64,000 nucleotides of DNA, from positions 2,146 through 66,145 of the forward strand of contig JABHIE010000030.1 of the NCBI GenBank assembly GCA_018671175.1, written 5' to 3'. The stretch is from Planctomycetota bacterium. GTDB lineage: Bacteria; Planctomycetota; UBA1135. Of this stretch, positions 56,657-64,000 are shown piece by piece; the first letter of the stretch is position 1, and each line of letters starts with the position of its first letter. The translations under genes were made by a program, and so were the position numbers. Under the pieces are notes generated by a model that was given only the letters and a program-made list of their open reading frames with translations, was not told the origin of the DNA and did no database searches.

Positions 56657-59125
56657 ATGACCGACAATCATCAAGACAGCGCCTCGCAGCCTAAAAGAGA
56701 ATACCCCGGCATGGGCAGTTATCCAGGCATGGGGAATTACCCCGGAATGGGTAGCTATCCGGGAATGGGCACTCCAGAAGAGGGCCTCTCGCTTCAAGAA
56801 ATCTTCCAATCCTTGTGGCGCCGCCGTGGCACCATTGTGGTGACCATGGCTTTAGTGGCTGTTGCAGCCCTTGGCTTCACGCTCACCCAGGTTCCAACCT
56901 ACAAAGCTGAAGCTCGAATCCTGCTTGAAGAGTCTTCACCATCAAGCGGCATCTTGGGCGAATTGTCTATGCTTTCAAGTGCCCCGCCCGCGGCGGCAGA
57001 GCTTGAGGTCATTCAGTCACGCAAACTCGCACTGCAAGTCGTCACACCAAAGTCTGACGAAAAAGAAGTCGGCCTAGGGCTCACCTTGCGCGTGAACGAC
57101 CTCGATCGCTATGGCACGCTACCTCTCTTCATGCGGCACTTCTCAGCCCGTAATCCAAAAGGCTCCCTGCATGCCAAGAGAGTCGGATCTGGGCACGGCG
57201 AGGCTTCAGGCAGCTACCTTGTTCATTTTTTGACAAACGACCGAATTGAAATTTCAGAAAACAGTCTATTTCCAGATAGCCTAACGCAATTTCAGATTCA
57301 TTCCGATTCCCCTATTTTGCATGAGGGCCACTCCTTTCACCTCAAGCCAGAGGGTGATTTAAAAGGACGACGCTTCCTGCTGCAGTTCACGAGCCAACGC
57401 TCCGCTGCCGAGGCCCTATTAGATCGACTTTCTGTTTCAGAGACCGCTCGTGGGTCTGGAGTACTTCGCATTGCTTACGAAGACAATGACCCCGAGCGAG
57501 CCGCTGCTGTGGTCAACGAGTTAGTCGACGCCTATATGGCCAGTAAAATTCAGCGACTCACTCTGCAGGCGATCGCCACCTTTGACTATATCGAGAGTGA
57601 ATTAACCCGAACCGAGGGGCAATTAAATAAGGCCGAAGAAGAACTGCTGACCTTTCAAGAAGGTAGTGGCGAAGTCATGCTGCCCGAAACCGCCCGCGCT
57701 GCAGTAGAACGCATGAGCAGTCTTGACCTGTCGCGGGCACAACTCTCGCTAGTCATCGGAGGCCATGAGCATTTGGTCGAAGCACTCGACCAAGGTGAGT
57801 TGATTGAAAACATTGCCTCCAGTGCTGAACTCGGGCCGCAGACAGTCAACCTCCTGACCGAGCTGGCCGCCCTAAACCTACAAGCTACTTTTTTAGAAGA
57901 AGAACATACTGAAAACTGGCCTCCACTTATGCAGGTCAGGGCGCAAGTTTCCCTTCTGCGGAATCAGATTTCTAAGGGTATCCGCGCTCGCTCCTCTGCC
58001 CTTCAGCGCCAAGACAACACGCTGAATACAGCGATTGAGCGTTGGCATTCTCAGCTTATGGCGCTGCCCGCCATTGAGCTCAAATTGGCCACTCTTCAGC
58101 GAGAGGCGCAGTCTTCCGAGCAGATTTACACTTACCTGCTCACTGAAAAACATAAAGCTGCAATGGCGCAGAATTCTGCGATTGCATCGGTCTCAATCGT
58201 TGACCGCGCGGTGCCTGCGACTTCTCGCTCATCCCCAAACATCTCTTTGAGCATGGCGGCCGCCCTGTTGCTTGGCGGCTTCTTAGGTGCCGCACTTGCG
58301 CTATGGCGAGAGGCCTCCCAAAAGACCATTTTGACTGCGGCTCAACTTGAAGCAGCGACCGGGTTAGCTCAATGGGGCATTATTCCTGATTTCCGTAAAG
58401 GGGGCACCAAGGCAAAACGGGCTTCTGGCCACAAGCATTTCTTGGCCTTGCGTGATGCGCCCGACTCGGCTGCGGCAGAATCTTACCGAGCTTTGCGGGC
58501 AAATTTGCGGTTTGCTGCAAAGAGTAAAGATATCAAAACCCTAACCATTACTTCCGCAACTCAGGGCGAAGGCAAGTCAACTACGATTGCTGATCTCGCT
58601 ATTGCTTTAGCTCACGGTGGCGCGAAAGTGCTTTTGATTGACGCGGACCTTCGTCGCCCAGTTGTTCACACTATGTTTGAGCAGCCTTTGGGCCCCGGCT
58701 TAGCTGAAATCTTGCTTGGGTCTCAAGAATGGCAAGACGCCATCCGCCCCGCGGGTGAAATAGTTGGGCTTAATGTCATCACCGCAGGCACTATAAATGG
58801 CGGCACCAACCCTGGCGACTTACTTGCCTTAGAGCGCGTTAACTCTCTCGTTGCTGAGCTACGCGAGGCATACGACTTTGTCTTGTTTGATGTGCCACCC
58901 GTTTTGGCTGTGGCTGATGCGGCGAGTTTCTTAAACCAGCTCGATGCGATTTTGCTGTTGTGCCGTTATGACCATGTCCCTGAAAACGCTTTAGCTGGCG
59001 CGGCAAAACGCCTCGCGTTATCTGGAGCTGAGCCGATTGGCGCCGTGCTTAACCGCGTGCTTGCTCCACGACGGTCTAATAAGCACCACGATTACGCATA
59101 CTACAGCTACGATTCAACGAGCTAG
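56657..59125 (+). CDS. wzc: Polysaccharide co-polymerase / BY-kinase
   Basis: Two TM helices, AESYR.LR.N, GEGKST, LIDADLRRP, FD.PP, C-terminal Tyr cluster. Confidence 0.94.
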   Translation: MTDNHQDSASQPKREYPGMGSYPGMGNYPGMGSYPGMGTPEEGLSLQEIFQSLWRRRGTIVVTMALVAVAALGFTLTQVPTYKAEARILLEESSPSSGILGELSMLSSAPPAAAELEVIQSRKLALQVVTPKSDEKEVGLGLTLRVNDLDRYGTLPLFMRHFSARNPKGSLHAKRVGSGHGEASGSYLVHFLTNDRIEISENSLFPDSLTQFQIHSDSPILHEGHSFHLKPEGDLKGRRFLLQFTSQRSAAEALLDRLSVSETARGSGVLRIAYEDNDPERAAAVVNELVDAYMASKIQRLTLQAIATFDYIESELTRTEGQLNKAEEELLTFQEGSGEVMLPETARAAVERMSSLDLSRAQLSLVIGGHEHLVEALDQGELIENIASSAELGPQTVNLLTELAALNLQATFLEEEHTENWPPLMQVRAQVSLLRNQISKGIRARSSALQRQDNTLNTAIERWHSQLMALPAIELKLATLQREAQSSEQIYTYLLTEKHKAAMAQNSAIASVSIVDRAVPATSRSSPNISLSMAAALLLGGFLGAALALWREASQKTILTAAQLEAATGLAQWGIIPDFRKGGTKAKRASGHKHFLALRDAPDSAAAESYRALRANLRFAAKSKDIKTLTITSATQGEGKSTTIADLAIALAHGGAKVLLIDADLRRPVVHTMFEQPLGPGLAEILLGSQEWQDAIRPAGEIVGLNVITAGTINGGTNPGDLLALERVNSLVAELREAYDFVLFDVPPVLAVADAASFLNQLDAILLLCRYDHVPENALAGAAKRLALSGAEPIGAVLNRVLAPRRSNKHHDYAYYSYDSTS
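56702..56773 (+). repeat. Coding repeat YPGMG[S/N/T] x4
   Basis: Four 18-bp units with synonymous divergence. Confidence 0.95.
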
Positions 59126-59179
59126 AGGCCGCAAGAGCAGTCACCTTGACTTTGTTTGCCACTTGGGCGCGCTGAAATC

Positions 59180-60109
59180 TCAGCCGCCTAAAAGGCCAAC
59201 GATGTCGATACCGATAACAATCGTTTCGACAGAAGCCGTGCAGCCTGAAAAACAAACCGCGCTAGGCAGTGGGTCGCAATATGCGTCACTCACGCGATAA
59301 GCCACGCGACCACCGCCCATGTTGGCGACTTCTTGCATGACTTGGACGCAGACTTGGTCTTCGTTTGCTGAGCCTTCTGGACCGGGGCCTTCTTCGGGGT
59401 CAACAGGAAATAGGCCGCCAGCCATGCTGTTGGAAGATTGACCGTTCATTGTGCTAGACGCGACAACATCAGGGCGGACTTCTGACAGGGTATTGTCAAT
59501 CGTAATCATCATGCAGGAGTCGCCTAAAGATGACTGGCCATCGGCAACAGCCGAGACGGCCAAAGCGGATGAGCCCTGCAAATCAAAGTGGCTGCGCGGG
59601 ATCGCGAATCGCGCTACGCGAAGATTGCGACCTGGGAAGGAGTGATTGACCGATTCAACGCCAACGAAGAAGGGCGCCATATCACGGAAGGATAAAACCT
59701 GCGTTTTAATAGTTGTGCCCGCGAAATAAAACTGCAAAGAATCAACGCGGTTTTGGAACAAACCAAAAACTTGCATAATCAACTGATCACCAACGGCGTA
59801 AATCTCAAGCTCTAGGCCGGGAGGCATCTGCCCAGGCATCGTGCCAATGTCAGCTTTAAGCGGATCGATACCAAGGAATTTTTCCTCAAGATCGCTGAAG
59901 CCGTCGCCGTCAGTATCGGCGAGTGTTGGGTCAGTGCCGAATCGCGCCTCAAGCGCATCGTCGAGGCCATCAAGGTCGGTGTCTAAAAACGCCGTAAATT
60001 GCCCTGAACCCGCCGCGGCTAATGGAGCAGGCATTGCGACAAAGCCCAACCCGACAACTGCCAGCAAGGCAGTTAATGAAACAAAAGTGACGAGGTGTGT
60101 TGTGCGCAT
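59180..60109 (-). CDS. Exported protein with bacterial TSP3-like Ca-binding repeats
   Basis: DTDLDGLDD..E...GTDP..ADTDGDG.SD.EE; Cys-rich C-terminus. Confidence 0.75.
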   Translation of the reverse strand: MRTTHLVTFVSLTALLAVVGLGFVAMPAPLAAAGSGQFTAFLDTDLDGLDDALEARFGTDPTLADTDGDGFSDLEEKFLGIDPLKADIGTMPGQMPPGLELEIYAVGDQLIMQVFGLFQNRVDSLQFYFAGTTIKTQVLSFRDMAPFFVGVESVNHSFPGRNLRVARFAIPRSHFDLQGSSALAVSAVADGQSSLGDSCMMITIDNTLSEVRPDVVASSTMNGQSSNSMAGGLFPVDPEEGPGPEGSANEDQVCVQVMQEVANMGGGRVAYRVSDAYCDPLPSAVCFSGCTASVETIVIGIDIVGLLGG

Positions 60110-60254
60110 GTTAAGGGAAGGTCTCTAATTTAGCAGTTTTTGACGCTCTTGGGGAGAAAAACCCCCACTCTCCATCCCTCTAGGGGTCAAAAGGAGCAGG
60201 TTTCGGATGTTTTTTTGATATTTTCCAGTATCCTATGCGGCTTAAACCGGACAT

Positions 60255-60331
60255 GCGCCCGTAGCTCAGCTGGATAGAGCATTGGTTTCCGGTACCAAAG
60301 GTCAGAGGTTCGAATCCTCTCGGGCGTGCCA
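60255..60331 (+). tRNA. tRNA-Arg(CCG)
   Basis: GCGCCCGTAGCTCAGCTGGATAGAGC...TTGGT-TTCCGGT-ACCAA...GGTTCGAATCC...GCCA. Confidence 0.97.
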
Positions 60332-60354
60332 CTCCTCTCTTCTGAGGCAAAAAC

Positions 60355-60810
60355 ATGATTAAAAAAGACAGCAAAGTAAGCATGCACTACACCCTCACAG
60401 TTGATGGTGCTGTAGCAGATTCAAGCCAAGGCAAAGAACCACTCAAGTTTGTTCAGGGCGCGGGCATGATTATCCCAGGCCTCGAAAACGAGCTCGAAGG
60501 CCTAATCGAAGGCGCCAAAAAAACTGTAACCGTTGCCGCGGCAGATGGTTACGGCGAGCACGACCCACAAGGCATGCACAAAGTTCCCCGCAATGCATTT
60601 GATGCGCCAGAAGGCGAAGAGCAAATGGAATTGGTCGTTGGGCACATGGTTCAAGGTGACATGAACGGCCAGGGCTTCCAGGCTGTGATTGCTGAGATCG
60701 GCGACGACGAAATCACGCTCGACCTCAACCATCCACTAGCGGGCAAGACTCTGAGTTTTGAAATCGAGATTGTCGAGGTCAAAAACGAGTCGCTCATTAT
60801 TACTGACTAA
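60355..60810 (+). CDS. slyD: FKBP-type PPIase SlyD (no His-rich tail)
   Basis: [25 protein letters not shown]. Confidence 0.93.
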   Translation: MIKKDSKVSMHYTLTVDGAVADSSQGKEPLKFVQGAGMIIPGLENELEGLIEGAKKTVTVAAADGYGEHDPQGMHKVPRNAFDAPEGEEQMELVVGHMVQGDMNGQGFQAVIAEIGDDEITLDLNHPLAGKTLSFEIEIVEVKNESLIITD

Positions 60811-60933
60811 AGCCGGTCGCGTCGTTGCGCGGCTCTTGCTTCTCCGGCCTTGTGGATTAAACCCCCACAAGGCCTTTGCCTTTTTGTTGGTGCCCTTCCG
60901 CACCCCAAACTCTTTGCATACCCGGAGAAAACG

Positions 60934-62250
60934 ATGTCACGCAAAAAAGTCGTCATCATGGGAGCCGCTGGCCGCGACTTCCACAACTTTAATACCTTGT
61001 TTCGCGACAAAAACGACTATGAGGTCGTTGCCTTTACCGCGACTCAGATTCCTAATATTGATGGCCGACGCTACCCCGCCGAGCTTGCGGGCGAGCTCTA
61101 CCCCCAGGGTATTCCAATTGAGCCGGAAGATGATCTTGAAGCCATTATTCGAGCAAACGAGGTCGAAGAAGTTTGGTTTTCGTATTCCGATGTCGCCCAT
61201 CAATATGTAATGACCGCCGCAAGCCGAGTGATGGCTGCGGGCGCGCATTTTGGCGTTTGCTCCGCCGAGCGCACGATGCTCAAGTCGACAAAACCACTCG
61301 TGGCCATCACAGCTGTGCGCACTGGCGTGGGTAAAAGCCAGACGACTCGCTATGTGAGTCGCATCCTAAAAGACATGGGCAAGCGCGTGGTCGCCATCCG
61401 CCACCCGATGCCTTATGGCGATTTGGCCGCACAGGCTTGCCAGCGTTTCGCGACTTACGAGGATCTTGACTTGCACAAGTGCACCATCGAAGAGCGCGAA
61501 GAATATGAGCCACATATTGACAACGGTTTTATCGTTTACGCTGGCGTTGACTACGAAATGATTCTGCGCGAGGCCGAAAAAGAGGCGGATGTCATCCTTT
61601 GGGACGGCGGCAACAATGACATGTCTTTCTATAAGGCAGACTTGTATCTCACTTTGCTAGACCCTCACCGCGCTGGGCACGAGCTGAGTTACTACCCGGG
61701 CATGGTCAATTTGCTGCTCGCCGATTTGCTGATTGTCAACAAAATGGATACTGCTCCTGCCGAGGGCGTGGCGGAAGTCATCGCAAATGCGGCTCTCTAC
61801 AACCCATCTGCAACGGTGGTCAAGTGCAATTCAGTCATCACGGTTGACCAGCCAGAGTTGGTCGAAGGGAAAAATGTGCTCGTTGTCGAAGATGGCCCAA
61901 CGCTCACCCATGGTGGTATGGAATTTGGTGCGGGTTGGTTTGCCGCGATTCAGTCGGGTGCGGCCTCGATGGTTGATGCAAAGCCGTATGCCGTAGGGTC
62001 GATTGCCAAAACTTTTGAGAACTACCCAAATGCAGGCAAGATTTTGCCGGCGATGGGCTACGGCGACGAGCAAGTGCGTGAACTAGAAGAAACGATTAAC
62101 GCAACGCCTGCCGACGCAGTTGTCGAAGGCACCCCGATTGATTTGAGCCGGATTATCAAAGTCAACAAGCCCGTAGCGAATGTTCGCTACGAGCTTGAAG
62201 AGCTTGAGGCCGGGCAGATTCGCGCGGCTTTGTTGAAGGTGTTGGGTTAA
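60934..62250 (+). CDS. Cyclic 2,3-diphosphoglycerate synthase-like P-loop protein
   Basis: MGAAGRDFHNFN, RTGVGKSQT, RHPMPYG, EEREEYE, WDGGNND, EDGPTLTHGGM. Confidence 0.85.
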   Translation: MSRKKVVIMGAAGRDFHNFNTLFRDKNDYEVVAFTATQIPNIDGRRYPAELAGELYPQGIPIEPEDDLEAIIRANEVEEVWFSYSDVAHQYVMTAASRVMAAGAHFGVCSAERTMLKSTKPLVAITAVRTGVGKSQTTRYVSRILKDMGKRVVAIRHPMPYGDLAAQACQRFATYEDLDLHKCTIEEREEYEPHIDNGFIVYAGVDYEMILREAEKEADVILWDGGNNDMSFYKADLYLTLLDPHRAGHELSYYPGMVNLLLADLLIVNKMDTAPAEGVAEVIANAALYNPSATVVKCNSVITVDQPELVEGKNVLVVEDGPTLTHGGMEFGAGWFAAIQSGAASMVDAKPYAVGSIAKTFENYPNAGKILPAMGYGDEQVRELEETINATPADAVVEGTPIDLSRIIKVNKPVANVRYELEELEAGQIRAALLKVLG

Positions 62251-62741
62251 AACAGAAATGTAAATCCATAGAAAGTAATTCCATTACCCTCTAAGGAATC
62301 AAAGTCTGCGATGGCGTTTGTTTGATGAAGAACATCTGCCCGAATCGCGCGGGTTAAGTAGAAGCATGCTCCTACTTCGGTACTTAATGCCGTGCCAACG
62401 GATGTGTCAATGAACGAATCTGGAGTTCCTGTAACCGATAGCCCACAGCCAACAAAAGTCGAAAACCTAGCTTTTGGATTTAAGTATCGTCTCAGCCCCA
62501 AAGACATCGTGTTAAAACTTGCCTGATCACCCCAAGGGTCGCGATCATGCGTGGACATGAGCAAGGTCGTTGCTGATGACAAAGGCAGCTCAACGGATTT
62601 GAGCGTCCCGCTGCCATCTGCGACACCAGCAAAGAGTCCTAGTGGCTGATCGCTTTCAGCCTGCCCAGGTATAGCAACCGAGCAGCCGTTTGTGAAAGCC
62701 ACAAGCAGGGCGAGTAAAATGAGATGTGCCTGTAGAGGCAT
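62247..62741 (-). CDS. Small outer-membrane beta-barrel-like protein
   Basis: Signal peptide, amphipathic strands (LGLRRY, FVGCG), C-terminal Phe. Confidence 0.6.
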   Translation of the reverse strand: MPLQAHLILLALLVAFTNGCSVAIPGQAESDQPLGLFAGVADGSGTLKSVELPLSSATTLLMSTHDRDPWGDQASFNTMSLGLRRYLNPKARFSTFVGCGLSVTGTPDSFIDTSVGTALSTEVGACFYLTRAIRADVLHQTNAIADFDSLEGNGITFYGFTFLF

Positions 62742-62744
62742 CGC

Positions 62745-63356
62745 TTACCAGCCAAACACTGAATTAGATGTGAGCATCGCTTCTGCCGCCGACTGGGAGT
62801 TTGTCGGCTGCAGAGTAACTGAGCCGTGGCCGTTTACCGTGAAGCGATTGGCTTCAGGCACAAAATTGGCCGCGTTACCATCAAAGCGAAGGTGGCCTGG
62901 CGCAATAACGCGAGGGACATTTTGGACAGAGCGGACCATGCCCGGGAAGCCCTTAACCTGAACTTTATATTCTGTGGAAAGGAAGTTATCTACCTGCCTC
63001 CATTGGAAGATAGGGTAGGCCAATACATCGCACGAGTTTTTCTCGCAGGCATCTCGCACAGCAGCACTCTTGATTTCGCTAAGACGACTTGAGCCAAAAA
63101 CGGAGATCATCTTTCCGTCATCTATAAGGGCACCCTCGACATAATCCGAAGCTCCGAAAGAAAACAGGGTCAAAAATGTGCCGCCCGAAGCTTCGCCAAT
63201 AACATAGCTAGACATGACTTGGACATCGACGACATGGTCATTTTTTGCGGCGAATGACCCTAAAGGCGTGCCAAGGGTTTGGATCTCGCGATGTGTTGAT
63301 GAACAAGACATCAAGACCGCAGCGATTGAAAGAAGGAGAATTGCTTTTTTTAACAT
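62745..63356 (-). CDS. Lipoprotein of unknown function
   Basis: LMSC lipobox; K.AA..DA......DVL.YP...V.V.G.P pattern. Confidence 0.75.
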   Translation of the reverse strand: MLKKAILLLSIAAVLMSCSSTHREIQTLGTPLGSFAAKNDHVVDVQVMSSYVIGEASGGTFLTLFSFGASDYVEGALIDDGKMISVFGSSRLSEIKSAAVRDACEKNSCDVLAYPIFQWRQVDNFLSTEYKVQVKGFPGMVRSVQNVPRVIAPGHLRFDGNAANFVPEANRFTVNGHGSVTLQPTNSQSAAEAMLTSNSVFGW

Positions 63357-63472
63357 GATTAATTGAATGCAAGGTGCATACCGCAGCATCTCTCAAAATG
63401 AGTGATGGGAGGGGGGCCCGTGCGTATAGATAAGAGGAAATACTTGAAAAGTGGGACACCTTTTTTTCGATT

Positions 63473-63514
63473 AAAAAAAGAAACGCGCGCCCCTCCAGGA
63501 GCGCACGCTTCTTT
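63473..63514 (-). terminator. Strong intrinsic terminator
   Basis: 17-bp stem with three G.U pairs (minus-strand specific), TGGA loop, T7 tract. Confidence 0.8.
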
Positions 63515-63892
63515 GTTGAATAGCCTAGCTATTAGAACAAGAGCAGTTTCCATGCCAAGTGGACACTCATTTTTAGAGTTTTTTATTTCTCTAAGAACTC
63601 GCACAGATTTTCTTTCTAGTTACGCAGCATAATGGCCTTATGAAAGTCAGCCTCACACCGTTAATCGCACGACTCGCTGTTTTGTTGGCCTCCTACGCAT
63701 CAAGCACTCACCCCGCCTTTTCGTCGAGCTTTTCATGGAGCACATCTCTACGCCAGACCGCGGCTCTTGCACGGCCAAGATATCGGTTGTCTTTGGCTCT
63801 CCCGACGACTTGGGCGCAATTGATTTCCAGACGATCATCCAGTCGCGCTTTCATGAATTAGGCCAAGCGGAAAAACGAATCGACACAGCGGC

Positions 63893-64000
63893 TTAATCGC
63901 GCACTTTGAGCATAAGAGCAAAGTCAATGGGCACGAGTTGGCCTGGCTCGAACCTCAACTCGGTCAAGTGAGCGAGAGCCTGGCATTGCCCGCCATCCGT
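63893..64000 (-). CDS. Possible 3' end of a gene entering from the right edge
   Basis: Open frame TDGGQCQALAHLTELRFEPGQLVPIDFALMLKVRD-stop. Confidence 0.3.
   Translation of the reverse strand, partial: TDGGQCQALAHLTELRFEPGQLVPIDFALMLKVRD

Noticed and set aside
5299-60331. tRNA genes as integration sites of islands
   Set aside because: No integrase or duplicated tRNA 3' ends were noticed next to any of the three tRNAs
63633-63896. Several short ORFs on both strands near the right edge
   Set aside because: No motif, SD or consistent start to choose among them

Overview
Gene-dense, mostly housekeeping bacterial chromosome segment of moderate GC. It probably comes from a Planctomycetota-like lineage; this is inference from the gene content (ECF/anti-sigma cassettes, Hanks-type kinase, HEAT protein, sulfatase-like protein, MoxR). 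It contains groES-groEL, glnA, pdxJ/pdxA, rluB, rsmD, manA, split NAD synthetase, slyD, wza-wzc, three tRNAs (Leu-GAG, Ile2-CAT, Arg-CCG) and many lineage-specific exported proteins. I found no IS, integrase, prophage, rRNA or CRISPR. Highlights: (1) a multicopper oxidase whose copper ligands are split complementarily between two adjacent genes, only one of which has a Tat signal; (2) a WYL regulator followed by an 83-aa ORF, an uncalled 32-aa membrane peptide and an SprT protease; (3) an uncalled CxxU selenoprotein with a SECIS-like hairpin; (4) pervasive TAnnnT-N5-7-start (leaderless) promoters, including a palindromic bidirectional one; (5) a VTC-DUF4956-HlyD operon; (6) a degenerate pseudokinase; (7) a Wzc with N-terminal YPGMG repeats; (8) a GDPD-GlpD fusion; (9) a CTG-initiated pdxA; (10) two ECF sigma modules, one sharing a promoter motif with a furin-like protease. 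All family calls are from motif recognition by eye, not database searches.
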